Assembly (NCBI RefSeq): GCF_900187275.1
Contig: NZ_LT906458.1
Location: 1,680,001-1,712,000, forward strand
DNA from: Pasteurella multocida
GTDB lineage: Bacteria > Pseudomonadota > Gammaproteobacteria > Enterobacterales > Pasteurellaceae
DNA: 32,000 nt
Reading direction: 5' to 3'
Shown here: positions 19,602-30,116 of the stretch, piece after piece
Layout of the letters: each line of letters begins with the position of its first letter
Numbering within the stretch: the first letter of the stretch is position 1
The notes under the pieces: model-generated
Database searches by the model: none
Seen by the model: the letters and a program-made list of their open reading frames with translations, nothing else
Told to the model about the DNA's origin: nothing
Translations under genes and position numbers: made by a program

Positions 19602-21116
19602 TTATGATTGTGCGCCACAAGCAAATGCCATGATACGCTCTTGATTAATGTCATCGCCTTCTAATTCACCCACGGTATAGCCCTCACGCATGACATAAAC
19701 GCGATCGCTCATACCCACAATTTCAGGCAACTCACTGGAAATCATTAAAATCGCGACCCCTTTCTTCGCCATTTCAATCATCATGCGATAAATTTCACTT
19801 TTCGCCCCGACATCCACACCGCGCGTTGGCTCGTCCATGATGAATAGCTTCGGTTCAATTGCCGCCCAGCGTGATAACAAGACTTTTTGTTGATTCCCAC
19901 CAGATAAGCCACTGACATTGACATTCGCACTCGGCACACGCATTTTCAATCCTTCAATCGCCGCTTGCGTGGTTTGCTTGCCTTTATTTTGGTCGATCAC
20001 TAACATCGTGGCATCACGCTCTAAAGTCGCCATCGTGACATTTTTGAGAATATTGAGATCTAAAAATAAGCCTTCTTCTTTACGGTTTTCTGGCAACAAG
20101 GCTACATGATGAGCGATCGCCTCTCGTGGTGAAGAAAAACTGATTTCACCGCCACTCAAATAGATTTTGCCTTTCGTTGCGCGTTTCACGCCGAAGAGTA
20201 AATGTGCGAGCTCAGAGCGTCCCGCGCCCACTAATCCAGACAATCCGACAATCTCACCGGCACGAATAACCAAAGAGGCATCTTTAAGTTTGTGTCCATC
20301 GGATAAATTTTCTACTCGTAGAACCTCTTCCCCAACAGGCACTTTCTCTTTATTAAATAAGTCAGTTAACGGGCGTCCTACCATCATCTGTACGAGAGTA
20401 GCGGAATCCAAGTTATCGCGGGTTAGAGAACCGACATACTTACCATCGCGTAGCACGCTAACACGGTCAGCAAGCTCATAAATTTCTGCCATACGGTGAC
20501 TGATATAAATGATCGCCATTCCCTCATCACGTAATTTTTTCACTAAGGCAAACAGTCGTTCCGTTTCACGAGAAGACAACGCCGCAGTCGGCTCATCCAT
20601 CACGAGAATACGACTTTTTCGATATAAGGCACGGGCAATTTCCACTTGTTGCTGTTCTGCGATCGTTAAAGATGAGACTTTTTGCGTCGCTAAAAACTGT
20701 GCGCCTAAACGATCAAGTACTTTCTGTGACTCTTCTGCCATGGTTTTACGATCGAGACCAAACAGAGTTTTAATCTCACAACCAAGAAAAATATTTTCTG
20801 CCACAGTTAAATTAGGTGAAAGGTGGATTTCTTGATAAATCAAGGTAATACCGGCTTTAATCGCATCTTTTGGCGAGGAAATAGGAAACGGTTCACCGTC
20901 AATTAAGATCTCACCCGCAGAAGCGGTGTACGCTCCAGCGAGAATTTTCATTAAGGTACTTTTACCCGCCCCATTTTCCCCCATCAATGCATGGATTTCA
21001 CCACGATAAATGGATAAATCCACATCTTGTAGCGCATAAAAAGTACCAAAGCGCTTGGCAATACCTTTCATTTCTAACAGAGGGCGAGCAGGTGGTGTTG
21101 AATTAACGTGCTCCAT
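19602..21116 (-). CDS. Ribose-type sugar ABC transporter, ATP-binding protein
   Basis: [41 protein letters not shown]. Probable start [18 protein letters not shown] at 21116, with AAGGGA upstream, rather than 21161. Confidence 0.9.
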   Translation of the reverse strand: MEHVNSTPPARPLLEMKGIAKRFGTFYALQDVDLSIYRGEIHALMGENGAGKSTLMKILAGAYTASAGEILIDGEPFPISSPKDAIKAGITLIYQEIHLSPNLTVAENIFLGCEIKTLFGLDRKTMAEESQKVLDRLGAQFLATQKVSSLTIAEQQQVEIARALYRKSRILVMDEPTAALSSRETERLFALVKKLRDEGMAIIYISHRMAEIYELADRVSVLRDGKYVGSLTRDNLDSATLVQMMVGRPLTDLFNKEKVPVGEEVLRVENLSDGHKLKDASLVIRAGEIVGLSGLVGAGRSELAHLLFGVKRATKGKIYLSGGEISFSSPREAIAHHVALLPENRKEEGLFLDLNILKNVTMATLERDATMLVIDQNKGKQTTQAAIEGLKMRVPSANVNVSGLSGGNQQKVLLSRWAAIEPKLFIMDEPTRGVDVGAKSEIYRMMIEMAKKGVAILMISSELPEIVGMSDRVYVMREGYTVGELEGDDINQERIMAFACGAQS

Positions 21117-21409
21117 CCGAAAAAATCCCTTGATAAAGTAAACATAGTCGCATTTAACCATAACAATATGAATGGAAAATGTTGAATCCCGTTCATAATT
21201 GTCATAATGATTTGTTTTTTCTCATTTTGAGAAAGAGATCACGAAATTTCATTACGCTAGCATGCTTTTTAGCATATAAGGTGACATCCTTGACTTAATA
21301 TTATTCGCCATTAGTTTAAAGATTATCAATAATAAAGATGTTTATTCTCTAAAAATGAAAAGATATAATACACAACGTTTTGGTAAAAAATTAATTTTAA
21401 GGGAAAAGA

Positions 21410-22123
21410 ATGAAAACTATCTATCACTCAGCAAATAGTCGTGGTAATGCAGATCACGGTTGGTTAAAAAGCAAACACACTTTTAGTTTTGGTCATTACT
21501 ATGATCCTAGTCGTGTTAATTTCGGCGTATTAAGAGTTATTAATGATGACTTCGTTGAAGGGGGAATGGGATTTGGTACCCACCCACACAATAATATGGA
21601 AATTATTTCTATTCCATTAAGTGGAGATTTAGCGCATAAAGATAGCATGGGAAATGGCAGTATTATTCGCAATGGTGACATTCAAGTGATGTCTGCTGGT
21701 ACAGGGGTTACACACAGTGAAATGAATCCGAACGCTGATATCCCAGTAAAATTTTTACAAATTTGGGTTATCCCAAATAAACGCAATGTTGAGCCTCGCT
21801 ATCAACAAATTACAATTGCGGATAATGCAAAACCAAATGATTTCCAACAAATTCTATCACCAAATCCAGATGATGAAGGTGTTTGGATTCATCAAGATGC
21901 GTGGTTTTCGCTAGCAAAATTTGATAAAGGTATTGCTAAAAATTACTCTCTAAATAAAGCAGGTAATGGCGTGTATGCCTTTGTTATCAAAGGACAAGCG
22001 AATGTCGCAGGCATTGATCTCAATGAGCGTGATGGATTAGGTGTATGGGATACTAATAACCTAGATATCGTTGCATCAAGTGATGCTGAGATTTTACTTA
22101 TGGAAGTGCCAATGGAAGCCTAA
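21410..22123 (+). CDS. Pirin family protein
   Basis: 237 aa; HTFSFGHYYDPSRVNFGVLRVINDDFV, GFGTHPHNNMEIISIPLSGDLAHKDSMGN, VMSAGTGVTHSEMN. Confidence 0.92.
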   Translation: MKTIYHSANSRGNADHGWLKSKHTFSFGHYYDPSRVNFGVLRVINDDFVEGGMGFGTHPHNNMEIISIPLSGDLAHKDSMGNGSIIRNGDIQVMSAGTGVTHSEMNPNADIPVKFLQIWVIPNKRNVEPRYQQITIADNAKPNDFQQILSPNPDDEGVWIHQDAWFSLAKFDKGIAKNYSLNKAGNGVYAFVIKGQANVAGIDLNERDGLGVWDTNNLDIVASSDAEILLMEVPMEA

Positions 22124-22145
22124 TCCAACAATATATAATAACAAT

Positions 22146-22169
22146 CCGCCCGTAAAACGGGCGGTTTTT
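22146..22169 (+). terminator. Rho-independent terminator after the pirin gene
   Basis: CCGCCCG-taaaa-CGGGCGG-TTTTT. Confidence 0.88.
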
Positions 22170-22251
22170 AGGCCACCCTATAAGGGCCTAGTACTTCACA
22201 TGCCCCTCAAGGGGCATGTGAATTCTGACAACCGTTCAATAACTCTGTTGC

Positions 22252-22716
22252 CTACCCCTTAAAGGGGTCCATATATTCTTTCTTCGATAAATTATCCTGA
22301 ATCATATCTTCCTTTTCCTGATTTCGGATATATTCCTCTACAATTTTTGTATTTAAACCTACTGTACTTACATAATAGCCTTTCGCCCAAAAATTTCGAT
22401 TCCCATACTTATATTTCAAATTTGCATGTCTTTCAAATATCATTAGCGATGACTTACCTTTTAAATACCCCATAAAACTTGAAACGGCCAGTTTCGGAGG
22501 TATCCTTAACAGCATATGGATATGCTCTTTCATTGCATATGCCTCTATTATCTCTACATTCTTGTAGTGACATAATTGTCTTAGTATCCCTCCTATATCA
22601 ACTCGCAATTTTCCATAAATTGCTTTTCTCCTATACTTAGGGATAAAGACTATGTGGTACTTACAGTTCCATCTTGTGTGTGATAGACTTGAATCGTCAT
22701 TGGATTTACTTGCCAT
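22252..22716 (-). CDS. tnpA: IS200-type Y1 (HUH) transposase
   Basis: 154 aa; SHTRWNCKYHIVFIPKYRRKAIYG, catalytic EHIHMLLRIPPKLAVSSFMGYLKGKSS, tyrosine region FWAKGYYVSTVG; full length with no frameshift. Confidence 0.93.
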   Translation of the reverse strand: MASKSNDDSSLSHTRWNCKYHIVFIPKYRRKAIYGKLRVDIGGILRQLCHYKNVEIIEAYAMKEHIHMLLRIPPKLAVSSFMGYLKGKSSLMIFERHANLKYKYGNRNFWAKGYYVSTVGLNTKIVEEYIRNQEKEDMIQDNLSKKEYMDPFKG

Positions 22717-22721
22717 GACTT

Positions 22722-22773
22722 ATCCTCCTATATGTTGAATTTTGGTTGTCAGCCTTGTTCATTATAGGAGGAT
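22722..22773 (-). promoter_or_regulatory. RBS-sequestering leader hairpin of the IS200-type tnpA
   Basis: ATCCTCCTATA (22722-22732) and TATAGGAGGAT (22763-22773) are perfect 11-nt inverted repeats; the proximal arm contains the AGGAGG site of tnpA. Confidence 0.8.
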
Positions 22774-22860
22774 GTTTTGTTCTGCTCACCGCTTAAGCTT
22801 TTCTGTTCCATACGCAAAGCGTATGGTTTTTATAGCTAGACTTTGTCTAGCTATAATAAA

Positions 22861-22889
22861 AAACCTGAGACTGTGCTCAGGTTTTTTTT
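22861..22889. terminator. Terminator-like hairpin near the 5' end of the IS
   Basis: AAACCTGAG-actgtg-CTCAGGTTT followed by a T run; A run on the other side (can act both ways). Confidence 0.8.
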
Positions 22890-22957
22890 ATGCTATTACT
22901 CACTATAAGTTTGTTAATTTTTCTACTTTAGTTCCCAAAATAGCTTCCCTCTTCCTT

Positions 22958-22971
22958 TTGATCTATATCAA
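22958..22971. promoter_or_regulatory. FNR-like box upstream of hmp
   Basis: TTGAT-CTAT-ATCAA, an exact match to the FNR consensus pattern TTGAT-N4-ATCAA, 115 bp before the hmp ATG. Confidence 0.65.
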
Positions 22972-23086
22972 AAATACTATTTATATACATCCAGCGAGGT
23001 ATAGAAACGACTTACTGAATTTATGTAAATTGAGCCAAAACCAAACCCGACCAAATAACTCAACTACTTATAACAAAGGAAGAAAA

Positions 23087-24241
23087 ATGTTAGATCAACA
23101 AACTCGTGACATTATTAAAGCAACTATTCCTGTATTAGAGCAACATGGTACAACTATCACTAATACTTTTTATCATAATATGTTTAACGCACATCCTGAA
23201 TTATTAAATGTTTTTAATAAGACTAACCAAAAACAAGGACGTCAACCAATGGCATTAGCAAGTACAGTTCTAGCAGCGGCGAAACATATTGATAATCTTA
23301 CTGTGATTTTACCGAATGTAATGCAAATTGGTCACAAACACCGAGCGCTTGAAATCAAACCTGAACATTATCCTATCGTTGGTGAAAACTTACTGAAAGC
23401 AATTAAAGTAGTATTAGGAGATGCTGCAACACCAGAAATTATCGATGCTTGGAAAAAAGCTTATGGAGTAATTGCAGATGTATTTATTAAAGTAGAACAA
23501 GAGATGTATGCTGCCGCTGCATGGGAAGGTTATAAGCCTTTTAAAGTGGTTGCTAAACGCGCTGTTTCTGATCAAATCACAGAATTTACTGTGCAGACAG
23601 ATTTCCCATTACCAATATTAAAAGCAGGTCAATATATTACTGTACGTGTACAACCAGAGGATGAAGTCAATACAGCATGGCGACATTATTCTCTCTGTTC
23701 AATGAACACTAGCAACGGACTAAAATTTGCTGTTAAGCGTGAAGGAAAGGGAGAAACAAAAGGTTTAGTATCACACTACTTACATGATCATGTACAAGTT
23801 GGCGACACTTTAGATTTTACTGCACCAGCAGGTGATTTTTTATTAGAACAAAATGATAAACCACTAGTACTGATCAGTGGTGGAGTAGGAATAACCCCAT
23901 TATTAGCAATGTTAGAAGAGCAAGTAAATCATAACTCACAGCGTGAAATTTGTTGGATTCACTCTTGTCGCAATAATGAAAATCACGCGTTTAAAGCAGA
24001 AGTTGAAGCTCTCTTACAACAAGCAGACAACACAGATTGTCACATTATTTATACTGCTGAACAATCACGTATTGATGCTGATTTCATTGCAAAACATATA
24101 CCACAAAATGCGAATATATATGTATGTGGATCAATCAACTTTATGGAAGGTATTATCGACTTATTAAAACGGCAAGGTTGGAATGAAAGTGATATTCACT
24201 TTGAGCCATTTGGACCTAAAATGAGTGTTGTTAGTGTTTAA
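23087..24241 (+). CDS. hmp: Flavohemoprotein, nitric oxide dioxygenase
   Basis: [53 protein letters not shown] (globin) plus FAD/NAD reductase domain ([28 protein letters not shown]). AAGGAAG before the ATG at 23087; the longer ORF from 22742 is rejected. Confidence 0.95.
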   Translation: MLDQQTRDIIKATIPVLEQHGTTITNTFYHNMFNAHPELLNVFNKTNQKQGRQPMALASTVLAAAKHIDNLTVILPNVMQIGHKHRALEIKPEHYPIVGENLLKAIKVVLGDAATPEIIDAWKKAYGVIADVFIKVEQEMYAAAAWEGYKPFKVVAKRAVSDQITEFTVQTDFPLPILKAGQYITVRVQPEDEVNTAWRHYSLCSMNTSNGLKFAVKREGKGETKGLVSHYLHDHVQVGDTLDFTAPAGDFLLEQNDKPLVLISGGVGITPLLAMLEEQVNHNSQREICWIHSCRNNENHAFKAEVEALLQQADNTDCHIIYTAEQSRIDADFIAKHIPQNANIYVCGSINFMEGIIDLLKRQGWNESDIHFEPFGPKMSVVSV

Positions 24242-24370
24242 CAAAATATCCTTGACCTACTTTAATATTAAGTAGGTCGTTTTTCTTTTCTCAATATAAA
24301 AAACACGACTCAATTCATATTTGTCATTTTTTTTTCGCCATTTATGCTTAAAATAATGGCAACCTAGTTC

Positions 24371-24379
24371 AAGTGCGGT
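24371..24379 (+). repeat. Haemophilus-type DNA uptake signal sequence core (one representative)
   Basis: AAGTGCGGT; other cores at 2375, 2564, 3806, 3836, 11965, 11989, 15817, 26961, 28008, 31266, 31567 (either strand). Confidence 0.9.
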
Positions 24380-24386
24380 CTAAAAA

Positions 24387-26972
24387 ATGAAAAATTGGAA
24401 AACATCTTTTTTTACTAAGCCTTACAGCGTACGCTTTCGTTTAATGCTGTTTTTGATCACCGCTATTTTTTTAATTGTTGTAATCAGTATGACAGCTATT
24501 ATTGGTTTAAATAGCACTTATCACTCACTCTCTAACTTACGTGATCGCTCACTTAACCAGATGTTTTCCTCAATGACCTTAGGGGTAAAAACCGCACAAA
24601 TTTCTACTTATGCAAAACGCCTTACTCAAACAACACGCGCTTTAGAGTATCAAGAAGAATCCAAAACCTTGGCACATCATGCTGAACAATTACAAATGCT
24701 CTTAACTCAAGCGAAGCAATCTACACCAGAGGACCAACGCTTTGCTAATATCATCTATCACATTGATTTACTGGGAAAAAGTGTACAAGACTTGCTATTA
24801 CAAACTCACCGACGTCATATTCTTAACACCACAATCATTAGTGAATTAAACCAAGGGTTGCTCCACATTCAGCATATTAAAAGACTGGAAAAAAATACCG
24901 CACTGCCAGAACAGATCCCTGCCACTTTTTTATCGCAGCTTAACCGTATGGAAAAATTAATTGAAGATGCCACCAAAAGTAATTTCTCGACGGGGATTTT
25001 TATCAGCATTGAGTCCAATTTCTTACTCTTCCCTGCAGTTGATTACTTAATCGACATTAACCAAGAACTGGATAAGCTCAAAGCCCTTTTCCCACAGTTG
25101 ATTGACAATGCTAAAGCCCTTGAAAAGATCAATTTACGCGTGCAATTCCTCACCTTCCAGATTGATGCTTTGGTGCAACAAATTAGCCAACAATATACAC
25201 AATTGGCGAAAGAAAAAGTGGACAGCGTGGATATTGATTCAGAACAAATTCAACAACGATTATCCACACTTACTTTGTCTATTTTGCTCTTTTCGTTATT
25301 TACGATTTTATTGATTATTATTCTAGGACAATACATTTATTCCTTGATCGGCAAACGCTTATATTCCATTACTGATGCGTTAAAACGCTTATCACAAGGC
25401 GATAAAAACGTGATGGTACCGCAACAACAAACCCAAGATGAAATTGGCGATTTAGCACGGACCTTTGATATTTTTCACCAAAATGTGCTGACCTTAGAGC
25501 AAACTGACTCATTATTAAAAGAAAAGAGTGAATTATTAGAGCACACGTTTTTAGCTATGCGCGACGGTCTCGCCATTTTTGACCAACAACTTAACTTAGT
25601 GTCTTACAACGCACAATTTAACACGCTACTAGGTGACTTTTTTACACACACCTCCCCATTAAGCTTACACACGCTGGTGGATTACTTTAATCATAAACAC
25701 GCTAAGGTAAGCGGCTGGGAACAACCAATTGATCTCGCCTTACTGAAACAAATTCGGCAAGCGGAAGATTTCCTTGAAATTGAATATTCACAGCAAGTAC
25801 TGGAATGGCGGGTTAGTCCATTAAAAGATGGACTAGTCATCTTTTTAATTGATCGTACACAACGCAAAAAATTAGAAAACGAAATTGCACACAGTCAAAA
25901 AATGCGAGCCATCGGTCACCTCACCGGTGGGATTGCGCATGATTTCAATAATTTCTTAGCTGTGATTATTGGTAATTTGGATTTAATTGATCCGCATGGG
26001 CTTGATGAACGCCAAGTCAAACGTCTACAGCGCGCCTTGAAAGCAGCAGAAAATAGCGCAACGCTGACACAACGCCTGTTAGCTTATGCGCGAAAACAAC
26101 CGTTACACCCTACAGTTTTAGATATTAATCAACTGGTGATTGAGTTTAATGATTTGATTAAACACACCATCCCCCCAACGATTAATGTACAACTCGAATT
26201 GGGCGAACATTTGCCTTTAGTCTATATTGATAAAAACCAGCTCGAAACCGCTTTAGTGAATTTAATTGTCAATGCGAAAGATGCACTCAATCACGAAGGT
26301 AATATCATCATTCGCAGCACACAATTAACAGTACAACGCGCTCATTGCCAAGAGGAGATGGTGCAACTCTCAATCATTGATGACGGTTGTGGGATGGATG
26401 AGCAAACACAAAAACGGGTATTTGAACCATTCTTCACCACCAAACAAAATGGTCGCGGAAGTGGCTTGGGCTTATCCATGGTCTATGGTTTTATCCGCCA
26501 GTCGAAAGGACGTGTACTGATTGAGTCCCAACCTGATCAAGGTACCGCTATTCATTTGCAATTGCCAATCGCACAACAAATACAAGATGTATCAGCGTTG
26601 ACATCCCAACCTCGTCTGAGCTGTGATACAGCATACCAGATTCTAGTAGTGGAAGATAAAGCCTGTGTACGCGAGACCCTGTCAGAACAATTACATGAAA
26701 TGGGCTACCAACCCGTTTTATGTGAGTCAGGTGAACAAGCTCTTGCCTTATTAGAACAAGGACTAACGATTGATTATTTACTCTCTGATATTATGTTATC
26801 CGGCAAATTAACTGGGGTAGATGTCGCAAAATGGGTAAAAACACACTTACCGCAAGTGAAGATCCTGTTGATGACAGGGCACACTGAGCAAAGAGAAAAA
26901 GCAGAACAATTCCCAGTCCTTGTCAAACCCTTTAAACAAGTAGAATTGCAGCAGAAACTCACCGCACTTTGA
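24387..26972 (+). CDS. Hybrid sensor histidine kinase: two TM segments with helical periplasmic domain, HAMP, HisKA, HATPase, C-terminal receiver
   Basis: 861 aa; GHLTGGIAHDFNNFLAVIIGN (H box), NLIVNAKDAL (N box), FEPFFTTKQNGRGSGLGLSMVYGF (G boxes), YQILVVEDKACVRETL...YLLSDIMLSGKLTGVDVA (receiver). Confidence 0.93.
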   Translation: MKNWKTSFFTKPYSVRFRLMLFLITAIFLIVVISMTAIIGLNSTYHSLSNLRDRSLNQMFSSMTLGVKTAQISTYAKRLTQTTRALEYQEESKTLAHHAEQLQMLLTQAKQSTPEDQRFANIIYHIDLLGKSVQDLLLQTHRRHILNTTIISELNQGLLHIQHIKRLEKNTALPEQIPATFLSQLNRMEKLIEDATKSNFSTGIFISIESNFLLFPAVDYLIDINQELDKLKALFPQLIDNAKALEKINLRVQFLTFQIDALVQQISQQYTQLAKEKVDSVDIDSEQIQQRLSTLTLSILLFSLFTILLIIILGQYIYSLIGKRLYSITDALKRLSQGDKNVMVPQQQTQDEIGDLARTFDIFHQNVLTLEQTDSLLKEKSELLEHTFLAMRDGLAIFDQQLNLVSYNAQFNTLLGDFFTHTSPLSLHTLVDYFNHKHAKVSGWEQPIDLALLKQIRQAEDFLEIEYSQQVLEWRVSPLKDGLVIFLIDRTQRKKLENEIAHSQKMRAIGHLTGGIAHDFNNFLAVIIGNLDLIDPHGLDERQVKRLQRALKAAENSATLTQRLLAYARKQPLHPTVLDINQLVIEFNDLIKHTIPPTINVQLELGEHLPLVYIDKNQLETALVNLIVNAKDALNHEGNIIIRSTQLTVQRAHCQEEMVQLSIIDDGCGMDEQTQKRVFEPFFTTKQNGRGSGLGLSMVYGFIRQSKGRVLIESQPDQGTAIHLQLPIAQQIQDVSALTSQPRLSCDTAYQILVVEDKACVRETLSEQLHEMGYQPVLCESGEQALALLEQGLTIDYLLSDIMLSGKLTGVDVAKWVKTHLPQVKILLMTGHTEQREKAEQFPVLVKPFKQVELQQKLTAL

Positions 26973-26985
26973 GTTATCAAGCATA

Positions 26986-27018
26986 AAAAAATCCACTTTC
27001 TTAACAAAAGTGGATTTT
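26986..27018. terminator. Bidirectional terminator between convergent kinase gene and agmatinase gene
   Basis: AAAAATCCACTTT ... AAAGTGGATTTTT. Confidence 0.88.
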
Positions 27019-27040
27019 TCTTGCTCAAGAAAAAGGAATA

Positions 27041-27961
27041 TTAGCCTTTTTTCGCCCCTTGCATATACAGCATTTCTAGCGCCAACGTTGCACCTGCTAA
27101 AGCAGTAATGTCCGATTGATCATAGGCAGGAGAGACTTCAACCAAATCCATACCCACAATATTCACATCTTTCAAGGCACGTAAAATTTTCAATGCTTTG
27201 TCTGTGCTTAATCCACCACAGACTGGCGTACCGGTACCCGGTGCATAAGCAGGATCTAAACAATCGATATCAAAGGTTAAATAGACAGGTAAATCACCAA
27301 TTACCTCTTTGATTTTAGCAACAGTTTGTGCCACGCTATCCTCGTTGACTTGTGGCGCAGAAAGTACCGTAAATGGTAAGTTGCGATCAAATTCAGTACG
27401 AATACCAATTTGTACCGAATGGGCTGCATCAATTAACCCTTCGTTTGGCGCATGGTAAAACATGGTACCGTGATCATAACGACTGCCATTTTCATAGGTA
27501 TCCGTATGGGCATCAAAGTGAATCATCGCCAACTTACCAAAATGTTTTGCATGGGCACGTAATAAAGGCAAGGTAATGAAATGATCGCCACCAAAAGTTA
27601 AGCAACGCTTACCCGCTTTTAATAAAGCGGTTGCGTGCGCTTCTAATTCTTCTACGAAATTTTGGTTATCACCGAATGAATAAACTAAATCGCCACAATC
27701 CACGATCTTTAAACGCTCACGCACATCAAAATCCCATGGAAAGCGACAGTGTTCCCAAGCCAAATTCACCGACGCGCGACGAATAGCTTCCGCACCAAAA
27801 CGCGTTCCTGCGCGACCCGATACTGACGCATCAAACGGTACGCCAGTAATAATCCACTCTGCATCCGTTTCGACGGGATTAAAGTGAACAGGCAAGCGTA
27901 GAAAACCAAAATTATTTGAAACTAATGAAATATCTTCTTTATTGTTTAACGTATTGTACAT
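27041..27961 (-). CDS. speB: Agmatinase (ureohydrolase family)
   Basis: 306 aa; [58 protein letters not shown], metal-binding motifs of agmatinases. Confidence 0.93.
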   Translation of the reverse strand: MYNTLNNKEDISLVSNNFGFLRLPVHFNPVETDAEWIITGVPFDASVSGRAGTRFGAEAIRRASVNLAWEHCRFPWDFDVRERLKIVDCGDLVYSFGDNQNFVEELEAHATALLKAGKRCLTFGGDHFITLPLLRAHAKHFGKLAMIHFDAHTDTYENGSRYDHGTMFYHAPNEGLIDAAHSVQIGIRTEFDRNLPFTVLSAPQVNEDSVAQTVAKIKEVIGDLPVYLTFDIDCLDPAYAPGTGTPVCGGLSTDKALKILRALKDVNIVGMDLVEVSPAYDQSDITALAGATLALEMLYMQGAKKG

Positions 27962-28023
27962 AGTGATTCCTGTTGTCCTAAAGCGCGGTCTTTTTACAGA
28001 AACATAGACCGCACTTTTGCCAA

Positions 28024-29958
28024 TTACTCGTCTTCTAAATAGGTATAACCATTCAAGCCCACCTCAAGTTCATTTAAGAACTGAATGGCTTCTGACGCAG
28101 GTAAGTTTGAATGCTCAATTTGTTCACGATAGCGATCCAATAATTTTTTCGGATCAAGATAAACATATTCCAACATATCTGCTACGGTGTTACCTTCGTC
28201 GTAGTCCACAATATAAGCCTTATCCTGCTCATGAACTAAGACATCCACTGTACTGGTATCACCAAATAAGTTATGCATGTTACCTAAAATTTCTTGATAC
28301 GCCCCGACCATAAAGAAGCCTAATAACGGTGGATTGTCTTCTTCATAATGTGGCATCGGCATGGTGGTCGTAATACCATCCCCATCAATATAATGATCAA
28401 TCGTGCCATCTGAATCACAGGTAATATCTAATAATACTGCACGACGGCTCACAGGTTGATTTAAATTCGAAATTGGACAGACCGGGAAAAGCTGGTCAAT
28501 CCCCCACGCATCAGGCAAGGATTGGAACAAAGAAAAGTTCACATACAATTTATCCGCAAAGCGTTCTTGCAGTTCATCAATAATTGTACGATGAGAACGG
28601 TGCTTTTCATTAAATAATTGCCCCACTTCATGACAAATATTCAAATAAAGTTGCTCAGCCCATGCACGCTGTTCTAAATTCAGCAACCCGACATTGTATT
28701 GATTATGTACATCTGATAAATCAAATTGGCTTTCATGAATCCAACTGCGTAACGACCGTTTTTCACGTGAAGACTGAATATCCACCCAAGTTTCCCACAT
28801 ACTATGTAACACACTTGGTGCGTCTTTTGCTGGCGCCGCTAAGGTTTCAAATTTATAACGTTCTACACCAATCACATTAGAGACTAAAACGGCATGGTGT
28901 GCAGTCACACCACGACCCGATTCGGTGATAATGGTAGGATGGGGTAAACCATGCTCACGGCAGGCTTGACCAATACCCCACACAACAGTATCGGCATATT
29001 CATTTAAACCATAGTTCACTGAGCAATCGGATTGTGTACGGTTTCCTTCATAATCCACACCTAAGCCACCACCCACATCAAAGCACTGAATATTGACGCC
29101 TAATTTATGCAATTCAACATAAAAACGAGCACTTTCTCGCACGCCTGTCGCCACATCACGAATGTTGCCCAGCTGTGATCCCAAGTGGAAATGTAGCAAC
29201 TGTAAACAATCGAGACAGTCATGTTCTTTTAACATCTGAACTAAAGACAAGACTTGTGAGGCAGATAAACCAAATTTTGATTTTTCGCCGCCTGAAGATT
29301 GCCATTTACCGGATCCCTGTGAGGCTAAACGTGCACGTACCCCTAAGCGTGGCTTCACATTCAGTTTTGCTGCTTCCTCTAAAACAAGCTGGATTTCAGA
29401 GAGCTTTTCAATCACTAAATACACTTTATGTCCAAGTTTTTCACCCATCAGGGCAAAACGAACATATTCTCGATCTTTATAGCCATTACAGACAATCACC
29501 GTTTGTGTGATCCCTGCATGCGCTAGCACAGCCATCAATTCCGCCTTTGACCCGGCTTCTAAGCCAAGCGGTTGACCTGAGCTAATTAAGGATTCCACAA
29601 TACGTCGATGTTGATTTACTTTGATTGGATAAACGAGGAAATAATTCCCCTCATAACCAAAGTCTTCACGGGCACGTTTAAACGCCTGATTAATCGAGCG
29701 TAAACGGTGTTGAATAATTTGTGGAAAGCAAAAGAGTGTTGGTAAATGTGCGCCTTGTTCTCGTTGCACTTTTTCTGCTAACGCCGCCAAAGACACACGA
29801 TTTTGTGGTTTGTCAGGATCAGGACAAACAAAAATGTCCCCTTTTTCATCTACGTTATAATAACGCATCCCCCAGTAATTGATGTTACACACTTCACGTA
29901 CGGTATTTTCAGCAAACACAGATGAAGTGCCATCAGACGTTAAAGTAACCTGTTCCAA
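28024..29958 (-). CDS. speA: Biosynthetic arginine decarboxylase
   Basis: 644 aa; [52 protein letters not shown]; typical SpeA, upstream of speB. Confidence 0.95.
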   Translation of the reverse strand: MEQVTLTSDGTSSVFAENTVREVCNINYWGMRYYNVDEKGDIFVCPDPDKPQNRVSLAALAEKVQREQGAHLPTLFCFPQIIQHRLRSINQAFKRAREDFGYEGNYFLVYPIKVNQHRRIVESLISSGQPLGLEAGSKAELMAVLAHAGITQTVIVCNGYKDREYVRFALMGEKLGHKVYLVIEKLSEIQLVLEEAAKLNVKPRLGVRARLASQGSGKWQSSGGEKSKFGLSASQVLSLVQMLKEHDCLDCLQLLHFHLGSQLGNIRDVATGVRESARFYVELHKLGVNIQCFDVGGGLGVDYEGNRTQSDCSVNYGLNEYADTVVWGIGQACREHGLPHPTIITESGRGVTAHHAVLVSNVIGVERYKFETLAAPAKDAPSVLHSMWETWVDIQSSREKRSLRSWIHESQFDLSDVHNQYNVGLLNLEQRAWAEQLYLNICHEVGQLFNEKHRSHRTIIDELQERFADKLYVNFSLFQSLPDAWGIDQLFPVCPISNLNQPVSRRAVLLDITCDSDGTIDHYIDGDGITTTMPMPHYEEDNPPLLGFFMVGAYQEILGNMHNLFGDTSTVDVLVHEQDKAYIVDYDEGNTVADMLEYVYLDPKKLLDRYREQIEHSNLPASEAIQFLNELEVGLNGYTYLEDE

Positions 29959-30116
29959 TGTCTTAGTTTACCTCTTAAAAGGAGTCAAAAATTCAAGCGC
30001 CAACGCGCCATATTTTGTTTTTTCTGTCCCATCGCAATTACAGAAAAACGTTTGCAAGAATAAAGCAAAACAAGGGGAATAACTAGTTTTTTCTTACTAC
30101 TTTTCCTCTTGGAATA

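Larger units (their letters stand above)
22190..22885 (-). mobile_element. IS200-type (IS200/IS605 family) insertion element; approximate limits
   Basis: Single tnpA with no tnpB; 12-bp perfect subterminal hairpin TTCACATGCCCC-tcaa-GGGGCATGTGAA (22195-22222) downstream of tnpA and structured leader upstream. Exact ends cannot be fixed without an empty-site comparison. Confidence 0.78.

Noticed and set aside
17861-20835. Multiple + strand ORFs (61-108 aa) opposite the ABC transporter operon
   Set aside because: Shadow ORFs antisense to strongly supported transporter genes; sequences look non-protein-like.
22742-23086. 345-nt extension upstream of hmp in the ORF track
   Set aside because: It runs through IS leader sequence, hairpins and the FNR-like box; standard Hmp begins with [21 protein letters not shown] at 23087.
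26774-27028. 84-aa minus ORF over the end of the kinase gene
   Set aside because: Lies antisense to the conserved receiver domain and crosses the bidirectional terminator.
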